A program made the translations under genes and the position numbers. Under the pieces are notes generated by a model. The model was not told the DNA's origin. It did no database searches and saw nothing but the letters and a program-made list of their open reading frames with translations. A stretch of 64,000 nt of DNA. It comes from Coleofasciculus chthonoplastes F2-STO-03 (GTDB lineage: Bacteria; Cyanobacteriota; Cyanobacteriia; Cyanobacteriales; Coleofasciculaceae). Shown here in pieces: positions 1 to 9,597 of this stretch. The stretch lies in contig JAVJWO010000069.1 of NCBI GenBank assembly GCA_040222015.1, forward strand, positions 72,746 through 136,745. Direction: 5' to 3'. Every line of letters begins with the position of its first letter. The first letter of the stretch is position 1.

Positions 1-22
1 TCATTGGTCATTGGTCATTTGT
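1..22. repeat. STRR heptamer tract (TCATTGG/TCATTTG), cut by the window edge
   Basis: tcattggtcattggtcatttgt read directly. Confidence 0.85.
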
Positions 23-53
23 CCTTTGTTATCCTCGCGAAGATAAACCGTAG

Positions 54-81
54 GGTGGGTTTCGACTTCGCTCAACCCACC
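54..81. repeat. Small SDR-like hairpin element
   Basis: Stem ggtgggtt...aacccacc around tcgacttcgctc; the same core (TGAGCGAAGYCGAA on the other strand) occurs at 33922 and 49001. Confidence 0.6.
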
Positions 82-152
82 AACTTTAAGTCAGTACCAT
101 TCATCTTAAGTCCTTTATTCGTTGTTATCCTCGCGAAGTTAAGGGTTAAATC

Positions 153-213
153 GGGGCGGGTTTAGTCAAATCTGGGTTAGGTCAGAAACAATAATCGTAA
201 AACCCGCCCCTAC
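153..213. repeat. GTAG-type REP-like palindrome (GGGGCGGGTTT...AAACCCGCCCCTAC)
   Basis: Inverted arms. About 20 related copies in the window, e.g. 1982, 6186, 7322, 7416, 18424, 18497, 26305, 36358, 37572, 38244, 40417, 52372, 53106, 55120, 63566, 63654, 63736. Confidence 0.85.
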
Positions 214-234
214 ACAATCAAAACGCTATAAACT

Positions 235-1971
235 ATGACAACCAAGCCGATTAAGTGGACGCATTTAAAATATCTATTTTGGTTCGGACCGATCCTGACA
301 GTTATGGGAATTACCGCCCAAGAAGTGGCAGGTGAGTGGTCTCCTGTATCCTTAGCGCTGCTAATTGCAGGACTATTGATTATTGGCTTGTGGTTACTAC
401 TTCTGGATCAAATCGCTCCTGGTTTTTGGGGACGCCGTTCTACCCAGGTGGGAACCAATGCGATAATCGCGACATTAGCTATGTTTGTGATTATCGGGTT
501 AATTAACTTTTTAGGAGTACGTTATGGGGTACAAATTGATTTAACCGAAAACCAACTATTTACCCTTTCACCCCAGTCACAGCAGGTGGTGAGAAATTTA
601 GATCAATCGGTAAAAGTTTGGGTGTTTGAGAGTCCTGCTAATCCCGCCGATCAAGAACTTCTGGAAAACTACCGCCGCTATGGATCAAACTTGGAATTTG
701 AGTTTGTTGATCCCCAGCTACAACCTGAATTCGCCCAAAAGTTTAATGTAAATTATATAGGAGAGGTTTATTTAGAGTATGGGAATCAACGGGAGTTAGT
801 CCAAACCATTAGCCAAGGGGAACGGTTATCGGAAGTTCAACTAACCAATGCAATTGAACGGATCACTGGCGATCGCACGGATAAGGTCTATTTTCTCCAA
901 GGTCATGGTGAACGCCCCTTAGAAGCCTCAGACGAGGCGGGATTATCTCAAGCTGTAAGTGCGTTAGAGACGAAAAATTTCACCGTCGAACCCCTGAATC
1001 TCGCTGAACAGACAGCCGTTCCCGATGATGCGTCTTTAATCGTAATCGCTGGACCGAAACGAGCGCTGTTTGAACCGGAAGTGCAAGCGTTAGAAGACTA
1101 TTTGGCGCAGGGGGGAAGTCTGTTAGTGATGATAGATCCCGATACTAATCCCGGATTAGAACCTTTACTCTCTGATTGGGGAGTGATGTTGACGAATCAG
1201 ATTGTGATTGATGCGTCGGGTCAAGGGAGGTTAGTGGGTTTGGGTCCAGCAACCCCTTTAGTGACTCAGTATGGCGATCATCCAATTACCCAAGATTTTG
1301 GAACTGGCTTTTCAATTTATCCCTTAGCGCAACCCGTGGACACGCAACCTGTAGAAGGGATTCAGGAAACCCCTCTAGTGATCACAAACCCCCAAAGTTG
1401 GGCGGAAAATACGCCAGAACAACAACCGTTGGAGTTTAACGAACAAGAAGGCGATCGCCCCGGTCCTTTAGTATTAGGTGTAGCATTAAGTCGCCAAGCT
1501 GAATCGTCTACCGCTTCACCAACATTAGAACCGGAAACAACGGAGACTCCAGACGCTGAAGGCGAAGATACTGATGAACCGGAAACAACGGAAACTCCAG
1601 ACGCTGAAGGCGAAGATACCGACGAACCCGAAGCCACCGAAACTCCAGAAGCCTCACCTTCACCAATCCAGACGGATAAGTCTCAGGCTAAAGAAGACGA
1701 CGCTGAATCACGATTAATTGTGTATGGTAATTCAAACTTTGCCACAGATAGTTGGTTTGATCAGCAACTCAATCCTGATATTTTTATCAACTCTGTGAGT
1801 TGGTTAAGCAAGCGAGATGCACAAGCGCTTTCGATTAGTCCCAAAGAACCCGAAGATCGCCGAATTAATTTAACACCAGTACAATCCGGAATATTGGGAT
1901 GGTTAGCCCTTTTAATTGTGCCAGCTTTTGGCTTTTTAACCGCAGGGATGCTGTGGTGGTTACGGCGGTAA
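235..1971 (+). CDS. GldG-family ABC transporter auxiliary/substrate-binding membrane protein
   Basis: N-terminal TM helices, DLTENQLFTLS, YFLQGHGE, C-terminal TM; acidic tandem repeat EPETTETPDAEGEDTD. Confidence 0.85.
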   Translation: MTTKPIKWTHLKYLFWFGPILTVMGITAQEVAGEWSPVSLALLIAGLLIIGLWLLLLDQIAPGFWGRRSTQVGTNAIIATLAMFVIIGLINFLGVRYGVQIDLTENQLFTLSPQSQQVVRNLDQSVKVWVFESPANPADQELLENYRRYGSNLEFEFVDPQLQPEFAQKFNVNYIGEVYLEYGNQRELVQTISQGERLSEVQLTNAIERITGDRTDKVYFLQGHGERPLEASDEAGLSQAVSALETKNFTVEPLNLAEQTAVPDDASLIVIAGPKRALFEPEVQALEDYLAQGGSLLVMIDPDTNPGLEPLLSDWGVMLTNQIVIDASGQGRLVGLGPATPLVTQYGDHPITQDFGTGFSIYPLAQPVDTQPVEGIQETPLVITNPQSWAENTPEQQPLEFNEQEGDRPGPLVLGVALSRQAESSTASPTLEPETTETPDAEGEDTDEPETTETPDAEGEDTDEPEATETPEASPSPIQTDKSQAKEDDAESRLIVYGNSNFATDSWFDQQLNPDIFINSVSWLSKRDAQALSISPKEPEDRRINLTPVQSGILGWLALLIVPAFGFLTAGMLWWLRR

Positions 1972-2147
1972 AGGTACATCTGTAGGGGCGGGTTTTACTA
2001 CTATCTTTTGAAATGGTGCGTTACGCTAACGCTAACGCACCCTACACCCGCCCCGACCGAGTGATATAAAATGTTCGCATCGGAATTATGTTTTTTTAAC
2101 GCAGAGGGACGCAGAGGTTGACGCTCCAGGGACGCAGAGGGTCATAA

Positions 2148-2209
2148 CCAATGACAAATGACCAATGACGAATGACTAATGACGAATAACAAATGACGAA
2201 TAACAAATG
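2148..2209. repeat. STRR heptamer tract (AATGACN) running into the next start codon
   Basis: aatgacaaatgaccaatgacg...aacaaATG. Confidence 0.85.
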
Positions 2210-3112
2210 AAGCTACAGAAGACCACTTGGGTTTTATTAATTGTCGCCCTTTTCCTGGGAGGATTTGTCTATTTTTATGAAATCGTAGGAACTCCCCAAC
2301 GGGAAGCTGCGAAGGAAGCGGAGAAGCAACTGTTTAGTTTTGAAGAGGATGAGATTCAACGGGTAAATATTTATATCCAGGAAGAAAGCCGAAAATTTGA
2401 ACGGGTGAGTGAACCTGAATCTGGTTGGCGAATGACGGAACCGAAGGATGTCCCCGCCAGTGATCCATCGGTTGCATTCCTATTAAATTTGCTGGTTGAA
2501 GGAAAGCGCGATCGCATAATTCCCAATGTCTCCCCGGAAACCCTGAAAGACTATGGCTTAAACCAACCCCAAGCCATGGTAACGGTGCGACTTAACAACG
2601 ATGAAACTCATGAAATTATTTTAGGAAAACCAGATTTTAATAATAGTTTTCTCTATGCTCAAGTTGATTCATTCTCTGACAAATCCCAAAGATCTAATGT
2701 TTTTTTAGTCCCCATGGACTTTGAATATGCTGTCAATCGCCCCTTATCAGAATGGGAGCAAACAAAAGAGGAAACACCTGAAGAAACTGAGCCATCCGAT
2801 ACGGAAAACGAGGAATCAACGTCTGAAACAGAACCGACTACAGAGGAAACAGAACCCGCTACAGAGGAAAAAGACCCCTCTGAAAACCAAGCTACTCCTA
2901 ATAACTCTGATACTGAAACAGAGGAATCAACCTCTGAACCAACACCGACACCGGCTAACCAAAGTCCGTCCGCATCTCCCTCTCCTGAAAAGCCGTCCTC
3001 TTCTGAAGAGAAAAAGCAGTCAATAGAGGATGAAACGGCTTCTCCCAATGAGGAAACAGAATCTGAAAATCCCCCCAATGATTCTGAAGAGGAAGACAGT
3101 CCGTCGGAATAA
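2207..3112 (+). CDS. DUF4340-domain membrane-anchored protein with acidic low-complexity tail
   Basis: N-terminal TM, W.MTEP and LKDYGL motifs; usual partner downstream of GldG genes. Confidence 0.75.
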   Translation: MKLQKTTWVLLIVALFLGGFVYFYEIVGTPQREAAKEAEKQLFSFEEDEIQRVNIYIQEESRKFERVSEPESGWRMTEPKDVPASDPSVAFLLNLLVEGKRDRIIPNVSPETLKDYGLNQPQAMVTVRLNNDETHEIILGKPDFNNSFLYAQVDSFSDKSQRSNVFLVPMDFEYAVNRPLSEWEQTKEETPEETEPSDTENEESTSETEPTTEETEPATEEKDPSENQATPNNSDTETEESTSEPTPTPANQSPSASPSPEKPSSSEEKKQSIEDETASPNEETESENPPNDSEEEDSPSE

Positions 3113-3171
3113 ATTTATAGTGTTTTCATATTGGCAATCCGAATGTAGAGACGTTGCATACAACGTCTTTA

Positions 3172-3375
3172 CTGTCATATAGCACTACGAGGATACGTTA
3201 GTTAGTCCCAGAGGGAACAGCGAACAGGGAACACTCAAGAATGTCCTAACCTGTCTTAGTACCGCTATACATTGAAATTGGGTATTTGTAGCGAGCAAGA
3301 TGCAAAGCCTGCGGCATGGCTTCGCTTAACGCACTACAAGAATTGCACGATTATTGACAATAAAATTTCTTAATC
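3172..3375. mobile_element. Nested MITE cluster: MITE-A copy carrying a TATAGC-ended MITE-B (3178-3269) and a small insert (about 3304-3330)
   Basis: Removing MITE-B restores ctgtcatacattgaaattgggtatt, matching the end of the 7552-7650 element. Confidence 0.65.
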
Positions 3376-3391
3376 TTATCCTCATAATTTA

Positions 3392-4486
3392 TTATTTGAG
3401 AGGATGAGTGATGAAAGCGTACCTGTCATCAATTCTAACTCTGGCTACCCCCTGCTGAAATGACCAAGCACTATCAAATTGAGGCTTGATGACTAAATTA
3501 CCTATTTTGTTAATATAACCCCACTTGTCGCCTATTTTGATGGCGATTAACTCTTCAGAAAAGTCATACGTGTTATCAAACTGGGGAGCAATTAGCATAT
3601 TTCCTTGCTGATCAATATAACCAATTTTATCGTTCATCGAGATTCCAGCCACACCTTGGACAAAATCCCCCGCCCAATCAAAATAAGGTATAATCACAAA
3701 GTCGCCTTGATGATTAATATACCCCGATTTCATCGCTTGATTTGATACAGACGCCAAGCCTTCGGAAAAAGAACTCGCATCTTTAAATTGAGGTGGAATC
3801 GCCCAATTTCCGGTTTTGTCGATATAGCCATACTGGTTATTCAATTTTACCGTAGCTAACCCCTCAGCAAACGGTTCTGCTTCCTGAAATTGAGGCGGAG
3901 TAATCCAGTTTCCGGTTTTATCTATATAACCATACTGATTATTATTTTCGACAACTGCCAATCCTTCGGAAAACAAATCAGCATCATAAAATTGAGGTAG
4001 AATTATTAATGTGCCAGTTTTATCGATATAACCCCAATCATCGCCTTGTTTAACCGGAGCTAATCCTGCCGCGAACGATTTAGCGCCATCGAATTGAGGT
4101 TTAATTACCCAGTTACCTGTTTGATCAATATAACCCCATTTCCCATCAACTTTGACTGGGGCTAAATCTTCAGTAAACGAGTCAGCTAACTCAAATTGCG
4201 GTTTAATTACCCAATTTCCGCTTTGATTAATATAGCCCCACTTCCCCTCCAACTTAACCGCCGCTAACCCCTGAGAAAAATCATGTCCCGACTTTAACTC
4301 AAACGGGAAAGTAAATTGTACAGGAACAGCATTTTCGCTAGAAATTCGAGAATCATGGAAACCGTTGTTAATCGTTGATATAATTTGACATCCAGATAAT
4401 TGAGTAACCAGCAAACCTAAGAAGAGACTGGTGAACCGAAAAACTAGCCAATGTCTAAACTTGTAATATAACAATCCTCTACCCAT
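3392..4486 (-). CDS. WG/KWG-repeat lipoprotein
   Basis: Repeated F.EGLA.V...GKWGYID..G..VI.PQF units; LSGC lipobox. Confidence 0.9.
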   Translation of the reverse strand: MGRGLLYYKFRHWLVFRFTSLFLGLLVTQLSGCQIISTINNGFHDSRISSENAVPVQFTFPFELKSGHDFSQGLAAVKLEGKWGYINQSGNWVIKPQFELADSFTEDLAPVKVDGKWGYIDQTGNWVIKPQFDGAKSFAAGLAPVKQGDDWGYIDKTGTLIILPQFYDADLFSEGLAVVENNNQYGYIDKTGNWITPPQFQEAEPFAEGLATVKLNNQYGYIDKTGNWAIPPQFKDASSFSEGLASVSNQAMKSGYINHQGDFVIIPYFDWAGDFVQGVAGISMNDKIGYIDQQGNMLIAPQFDNTYDFSEELIAIKIGDKWGYINKIGNLVIKPQFDSAWSFQQGVARVRIDDRYAFITHPLK

Positions 4487-4707
4487 GGGGTACTAATAAC
4501 TATTTAGGGCTTGCTAAATAAGTGCTGCGGGGAGCAGGGGAAGCAATGTAGAGACGTAGCATGCTACGTCTGGGAGCTGAGAGAGCAGGGGAAGAAAAAA
4601 TGAAATTAGAGCTTAGCCGAACAGTAATAAAACCGAGCGTGTCATCAGTGCTACCAACCTCCCACATCCCCACCCCAATCTCTCCAATAAATCCGTGAAA
4701 TCAGTGT

Positions 4708-6099
4708 TTATCGCCTGGCTACCCCTTCATTCCGTGCAGCTTGTTGTACGGCGGCGGAAACGGCTGTCACCACGCGCTGATCAAAGACAGATGGGATAAT
4801 ATGTTCAGTGTCTAAATCGGTCGTAGACATCAACGACGCGATCGCTTTTGCTGCTTCTAGATACATCGTACTGGTAATCACTGAGGCGCGACAGTCGAGG
4901 GCGCCACGAAACACACCAGGGAATGCCAGAACATTATTAATCTGATTGGGATAGTCACTCCGCCCCGTTGCCATAACCGCGACATCATCTAACACCAATT
5001 CTGGCTGAATTTCGGGGATTGGATTCGCCATCGCCATAACGATAGGATCTTGTGCCATTGAATGTACCATGTCTGGTGTCAAAACACCGGGAACACTGAC
5101 GCCGAGAAATACATCCGCCCCCACCATCGCACCCGCTAAAGCACCACTAGATTCAACGGCAAATTCCTGCTTTTGGGGGGTTAAATCGGTGCGTTTCTTG
5201 GAGAGAATGCCTTTGGAGTCACACATCCAAATCATCTTCGCCCCAGCTTGACGCAATAGCCGCGCGATCGCAATTCCCGCCGCCCCAGCGCCATTAATCA
5301 CAATTCGCACGTCTTCTAGGGATTTCTTCACCAGTTTGAGGGAGTTAATTAACGCCGCTAAACTGACAATGGCGGTTCCATGCTGATCATCGTGGAAAAC
5401 GGGAATATCTAAGACTTGCCGCAGTTTTGCTTCAATGTCAAAGCAACGGGGGGCGCTGATATCTTCTAGGTTAATCCCGCCAAAAACGGGAGCGATATTT
5501 TTAACCGTTTCGATAATTGTATCGGTGTCTTGATTTGCCAGACAGATAGGAAAGGCGTCAATTCCGGCAAATTCTTTAAACAGCATGGCTTTCCCTTCCA
5601 TGACGGGTAATGCGGCTTCTGCACCTAAGTTGCCTAACCCTAATACGGCGCTACCATCTGTAACAATGGCTACCGTATTACTTTTGATTGTCAGGGAGTA
5701 AACCTTTTGTAAATCCTCTGCGATCGCGTTACAAATTCGACCCACTCCTGGGGTATACGCCATGGCTAAATCGGCTTGGGTTTTCAGGGGGAGTTTGTTC
5801 TCGATGCTGATTTTACCCCCTCGATGCAAATTGAACGTGCGATCGTAGACATCGATCACCTTGATATGAGTAAGTTCCTTAACTGCTTGCACAATCTGTT
5901 CTGCGTGTTCAGTACTCGTTGCATCGATGGTGATTTCACGAGTCGTAACTTTGTGGGTTTGGTGAATCAGATCAATCTGTCCCAGGTTTCCCCCCACTTG
6001 TGCGATCGCCTGAGTAACGGTGGCGAGCATCCCAGAGCGGTTGGGAAGTTGGATACGAATCGTTAAACTGAAACTGGAATTCGGTGTCAGGTCTGCCAT
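4708..6099 (-). CDS. NAD(P)-dependent malic enzyme with N-terminal ACT domain
   Basis: AYTPGV, VMEGKA, NLEDI, FHDDQHGT, GAGAAG, NQINNVLAFPG. Confidence 0.95.
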   Translation of the reverse strand: MADLTPNSSFSLTIRIQLPNRSGMLATVTQAIAQVGGNLGQIDLIHQTHKVTTREITIDATSTEHAEQIVQAVKELTHIKVIDVYDRTFNLHRGGKISIENKLPLKTQADLAMAYTPGVGRICNAIAEDLQKVYSLTIKSNTVAIVTDGSAVLGLGNLGAEAALPVMEGKAMLFKEFAGIDAFPICLANQDTDTIIETVKNIAPVFGGINLEDISAPRCFDIEAKLRQVLDIPVFHDDQHGTAIVSLAALINSLKLVKKSLEDVRIVINGAGAAGIAIARLLRQAGAKMIWMCDSKGILSKKRTDLTPQKQEFAVESSGALAGAMVGADVFLGVSVPGVLTPDMVHSMAQDPIVMAMANPIPEIQPELVLDDVAVMATGRSDYPNQINNVLAFPGVFRGALDCRASVITSTMYLEAAKAIASLMSTTDLDTEHIIPSVFDQRVVTAVSAAVQQAARNEGVARR

Positions 6100-6272
6100 G
6101 CTGGATTGATTTCGGGTCTCAAGCTTTTAATTGTAGACCCAATTCCCAGTTCTAGGGGAAACTATTGGTGAAGAGGTGCGGGGTTGTAGGGGCGGGTTTA
6201 ACCGATAACGTTGGAGACTAACCCCTAACTTAACTAAACCCGCCCCTACAATTGACTTATTACTTTTTTATT

Positions 6273-6707
6273 ATGGCAAGTCTCTATACTGAAATCGAAA
6301 TTAATGCTCCCAAGTCACAAGTGTGGCAGGTTTTGTTAGACAAACAGCAGTGGAAGTATTGGAACACGTTTCTCTTTGACCGTGAACCAGAACAGCCCTT
6401 GGCAAAAGGACAAGCGGTGTCCCTGTCATTAAGACGATTACCCAAGGATGAAGAAACGGAATTTGAACCTTTGATCACACTCTTACAACCCGAAAGTTGT
6501 CTGCGCTGGGTTTCATCTATTCCGGGGTTTCGCAATGAGTACGTATTTGAACTACAAGAAATTGGTTTAGGTCGGACTAAATATGTTCATAAAAGCCGTT
6601 TTTCTGGGATGCTCACTCGTGTTTTTGTCCCCTTTATCCGTCAAGATGAACATCGGGGAATGCAACGCATGGCGCGGGAATTGAAGCGATATGTTGAGCA
6701 TTTATAA
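6273..6707 (+). CDS. SRPBCC/START-like domain protein
   Basis: TEIEINAP..VW.VL.D...W..WN pattern; ATG at 6273. Confidence 0.8.
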   Translation: MASLYTEIEINAPKSQVWQVLLDKQQWKYWNTFLFDREPEQPLAKGQAVSLSLRRLPKDEETEFEPLITLLQPESCLRWVSSIPGFRNEYVFELQEIGLGRTKYVHKSRFSGMLTRVFVPFIRQDEHRGMQRMARELKRYVEHL

Positions 6708-6758
6708 TTGGGGGATATATGGCTCTTGAGACCAAACGTTCTGCTATTCTCTAGGATT

Positions 6759-7325
6759 ATGACTACCGTATTAAACTTAAAGCCACTGACGACAACATTG
6801 ACGCGATCGCAGTTTTATCAACTGTGTGTAGCCAACCCTGATGTACCATTAGAACGTTCGCCCCAGGGAGAGTTAATTATCATGACACCGATTGGTGGAG
6901 AAGGTGGTAGCCAAGAAGCCAGTTTAATTGCTAGAGTCGTTGTCTGGAATGAACAGACTCAGCTTGGTGTAGTTTTTAGTTCCCAAACTGTCTTTAGTTT
7001 ACCTGGTGGAGGCGATCGCTCTCCAGATGTCGCCTGGGTGGAATTGTCGCGATGGCAAAGTTTGAGTCAATCGGAACGAGAAAAGTTTCCGCCGCTTTGT
7101 CCAGATTTCGTGATTGAGTTGCGCTCGCGCACCGACCGATTAAAGCCACTTCAGGATAAGATGCAGGAATATTTAGCAAGTGGTTTGCGTTTAGGTTGGT
7201 TAATTAATCATCAGGATCGGCAAGTGGAAATTTATCGAGGGGGAACAGGTGTGGACGTTGTAGCGATGCCTGTTGTGTTGTCAGGGGAAGAAATATTGCC
7301 AGGGTTTAGATTAGAAATTCTGTAG
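6759..7325 (+). CDS. Uma2 (DUF820) family endonuclease-fold protein
   Basis: RSPDVAW, CPDFVIELRS, KMQEY, LGWLI; the stop TAG comes from the GTAG of a REP. Confidence 0.92.
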   Translation: MTTVLNLKPLTTTLTRSQFYQLCVANPDVPLERSPQGELIIMTPIGGEGGSQEASLIARVVVWNEQTQLGVVFSSQTVFSLPGGGDRSPDVAWVELSRWQSLSQSEREKFPPLCPDFVIELRSRTDRLKPLQDKMQEYLASGLRLGWLINHQDRQVEIYRGGTGVDVVAMPVVLSGEEILPGFRLEIL

Positions 7326-7660
7326 GGGCGGGTTTAGGGATTTAATTAAAGATATCACCGATAACCTTTCAACAAAACCCGCCCTTTTCCTAGATGTAGC
7401 CGATCAATAAATTCTGTAGGGGCGGGTTTAGGAATTCAATTAAAGATATCATCGATAACCTTTTAACAAAACCCGCCCTTTTCCTAGGTGTAGCCGAGCC
7501 ATAAATACTGTAGGAGCAGGTTTAGGGATTCAATCAACGATATCACCGATAAGCTGTTCGGCATTTAAACCTTAATGTCAATAATGGCGAAAGCATTGTA
7601 GTGCGAGCATCTTGCTCGCTACTAATACCCAATTTAAATGCATGACAGCTTAACCTTTAT
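7322..7660. repeat. Three tandem ~94-bp REP-containing units, the third interrupted by a MITE
   Basis: Units start at 7322, 7416 and 7510. Confidence 0.8.
7552..7650. mobile_element. MITE-A, 99 bp, 18-bp imperfect TIRs, TA target duplication
   Basis: agctgttcggcatttaaa / tttaaatgcatgacagct; the empty site gataacctt is visible in the two preceding tandem units. Confidence 0.85.
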
Positions 7661-7794
7661 GGTTCGTTACATTTGGCTAACGTAGTTTTATGGGTGAAGG
7701 TGTCAATTTGTCAAGATAGCGGTGATAGGAATTTTGTGCGATCGCTCCTGGCATAGTGGTCAATGTTCAGAGCGCCCATTTTCAGCAATTTAGC

Positions 7795-8886
7795 GTGAAA
7801 ACCGACACCATCTTCTATAACCTGTTTCTTGAATTCCCAGGTATTTTATTTGAACTCATCGATTCGGACCCAGAGGAAGCCGCCATCTATGAATTCACCT
7901 CCCGTGAAATCAAACAACCCTCCTTCCGGTTAGACGGCTTGTTCTTACCCACGACGGAAGATGCAGAAAAACCCTTGTATCTGCTAGAGGTTCAGTTTCA
8001 ACCCGATGAAGCGTTATACTATCGATTATTTGGTGAACTCTTTCTCTACTTGAGGCAATACCAACCGCCTCACCCTTGGCAGGTTGTCGTGATTTATCCC
8101 ACTCGTAGGATTGAACGAGAACAAACATTTCAATTTGGTGAAATCCTTGCCCTCAATCGCGTCACGCGCATTTATATTGATGAATTAGGAGAAACCTCAT
8201 CTAGTTCCCTTGGGATTGAAATGGTTAAGCTGGTGATTGAGGATGAGGAGACTGCACCGGAACGAGCAAGACGATTAGTCGCACAAGCTCAAATACAGAT
8301 AGATGATCAAGCAACGCAGCGAAACCTGATCAACTTAATTGAGACAATCCTTGTTTACAAACTACCCCAAAAAAGCCGCGAGGAGATTGAAGCCATGTTC
8401 AGCTTAAGTGAACTCAAGCAAACTAAAGTTTATCAAGAAGCCTTAGAAGAAGGTGAAATCAAAGCCAAGTTAGCCGCGATACCGCGCATGATAGAATTTG
8501 GCTTAAGGTTGCCGCAAATCGCCCAGTTGCAAGATTTACCGCTAGAGGTTGTGCAACAGACAGAACGATTATTTCAGAAACAAAAGGTTGCGGCTTTTAT
8601 TGAACTATTAACGAATCAGCGTGACTTGTTTTCGACTCAAGACTTGGCACAGTTACAGCAGTGGGTTGCACCTGTACCGGATCGGATTGAAGATTTATCC
8701 CAGGCGATCGCACAATGGTGCAATCAGGAATCCCATACCCTACAGCGTCAGGCTTGGCGTCAAATCCTCTCTGATTTATGGAAGGCGACGGTGGAAACCA
8801 TTTTGAAAACCTACCCCAAGACTCTGGATCTGACTGCCTCTCCCGTAACTAAAGAAATGTTGCAACAGGGGATTAACGGGGAATAA
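7795..8886 (+). CDS. Rpn/DUF2887 family PD-(D/E)XK protein with extra C-terminal domain
   Basis: MKTDTIFY, FRLDGLF, EVQFQ, ELKQTKVYQEA; GTG start at 7795. Confidence 0.88.
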   Translation: MKTDTIFYNLFLEFPGILFELIDSDPEEAAIYEFTSREIKQPSFRLDGLFLPTTEDAEKPLYLLEVQFQPDEALYYRLFGELFLYLRQYQPPHPWQVVVIYPTRRIEREQTFQFGEILALNRVTRIYIDELGETSSSSLGIEMVKLVIEDEETAPERARRLVAQAQIQIDDQATQRNLINLIETILVYKLPQKSREEIEAMFSLSELKQTKVYQEALEEGEIKAKLAAIPRMIEFGLRLPQIAQLQDLPLEVVQQTERLFQKQKVAAFIELLTNQRDLFSTQDLAQLQQWVAPVPDRIEDLSQAIAQWCNQESHTLQRQAWRQILSDLWKATVETILKTYPKTLDLTASPVTKEMLQQGINGE

Positions 8887-8893
8887 TTCCAAC

Positions 8894-9502
8894 TCAATTT
8901 TCATCCATTCCAATAAAACTTCTCAGAATTCCGATGACTTTACCCACATTTCCCAAAAAATATTCATTTAAGTCAATTGTAATGATTTGGTCTTCGAGTT
9001 GCATAAATTTCCAGAGACTTCCCGTCGTCACAACTCCATAAATTCGGGGAATGTTTTTTCCTTTTTGTTGATTGAACACCTGAGCCGCAATCATTTCTGC
9101 CATGCATTGTCCCAAGCCGGATTCGATGTTATCGTTTTTGGCTTCAACTAAAGTGACGATGGGTGCTTCTATAATCAGTTGTTCTGAGGATTGACTAATG
9201 AGAAAATCGCAAACTCCATTTAAACCTCTCTGGGTATCGACGGTAAAGTCTTTGCCAGAAAATAAAGCAATGCGATTGATGAATTGTTTTCTGATTTCTA
9301 TTAAAATAGGCATGACAATTAATTCTGAACGAGACTTTTCTGAATTAATTGCCAACGCTAAAGGGATATTATAGTCTAGGGTTTCGGCTAGAAACTCGCT
9401 GTAACTCGCTTCTGGAATAGTAGAAAAAAATCCTACTTGTTCAGATAGGATAATGCCAAACTCTGACTTAATCTGGTCGATAGTAAATTGACTATAGGAC
9501 AT
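8894..9502 (-). CDS. Cyanobacterial restriction-endonuclease-fold hypothetical protein (SEKxRSE / AEMxAAQ family)
   Basis: G.CDFL, VEAK, GQC.AEM, YGVVTTG..W.F. Confidence 0.75.
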   Translation of the reverse strand: MSYSQFTIDQIKSEFGIILSEQVGFFSTIPEASYSEFLAETLDYNIPLALAINSEKSRSELIVMPILIEIRKQFINRIALFSGKDFTVDTQRGLNGVCDFLISQSSEQLIIEAPIVTLVEAKNDNIESGLGQCMAEMIAAQVFNQQKGKNIPRIYGVVTTGSLWKFMQLEDQIITIDLNEYFLGNVGKVIGILRSFIGMDEN

Positions 9503-9597
9503 TTGAATGATCCGGGAAAATGTACCATGGCTCCCCCAACTCAGAGACGTTCCACCGGAACGTCTCTACAATCCCCCTCACCACAGCACTTGTTCAC

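Noticed and set aside
1528..1650. 48-nt tandem duplication in the GldG gene
   Set aside because: Ordinary expansion of an acidic disordered linker
7322..7660. Regularly spaced repeats resembling a CRISPR array (also 63566-63797, 36358-36489)
   Set aside because: The 'spacers' are similar to each other, the units are REP palindromes dispersed across the window, and there are no cas genes
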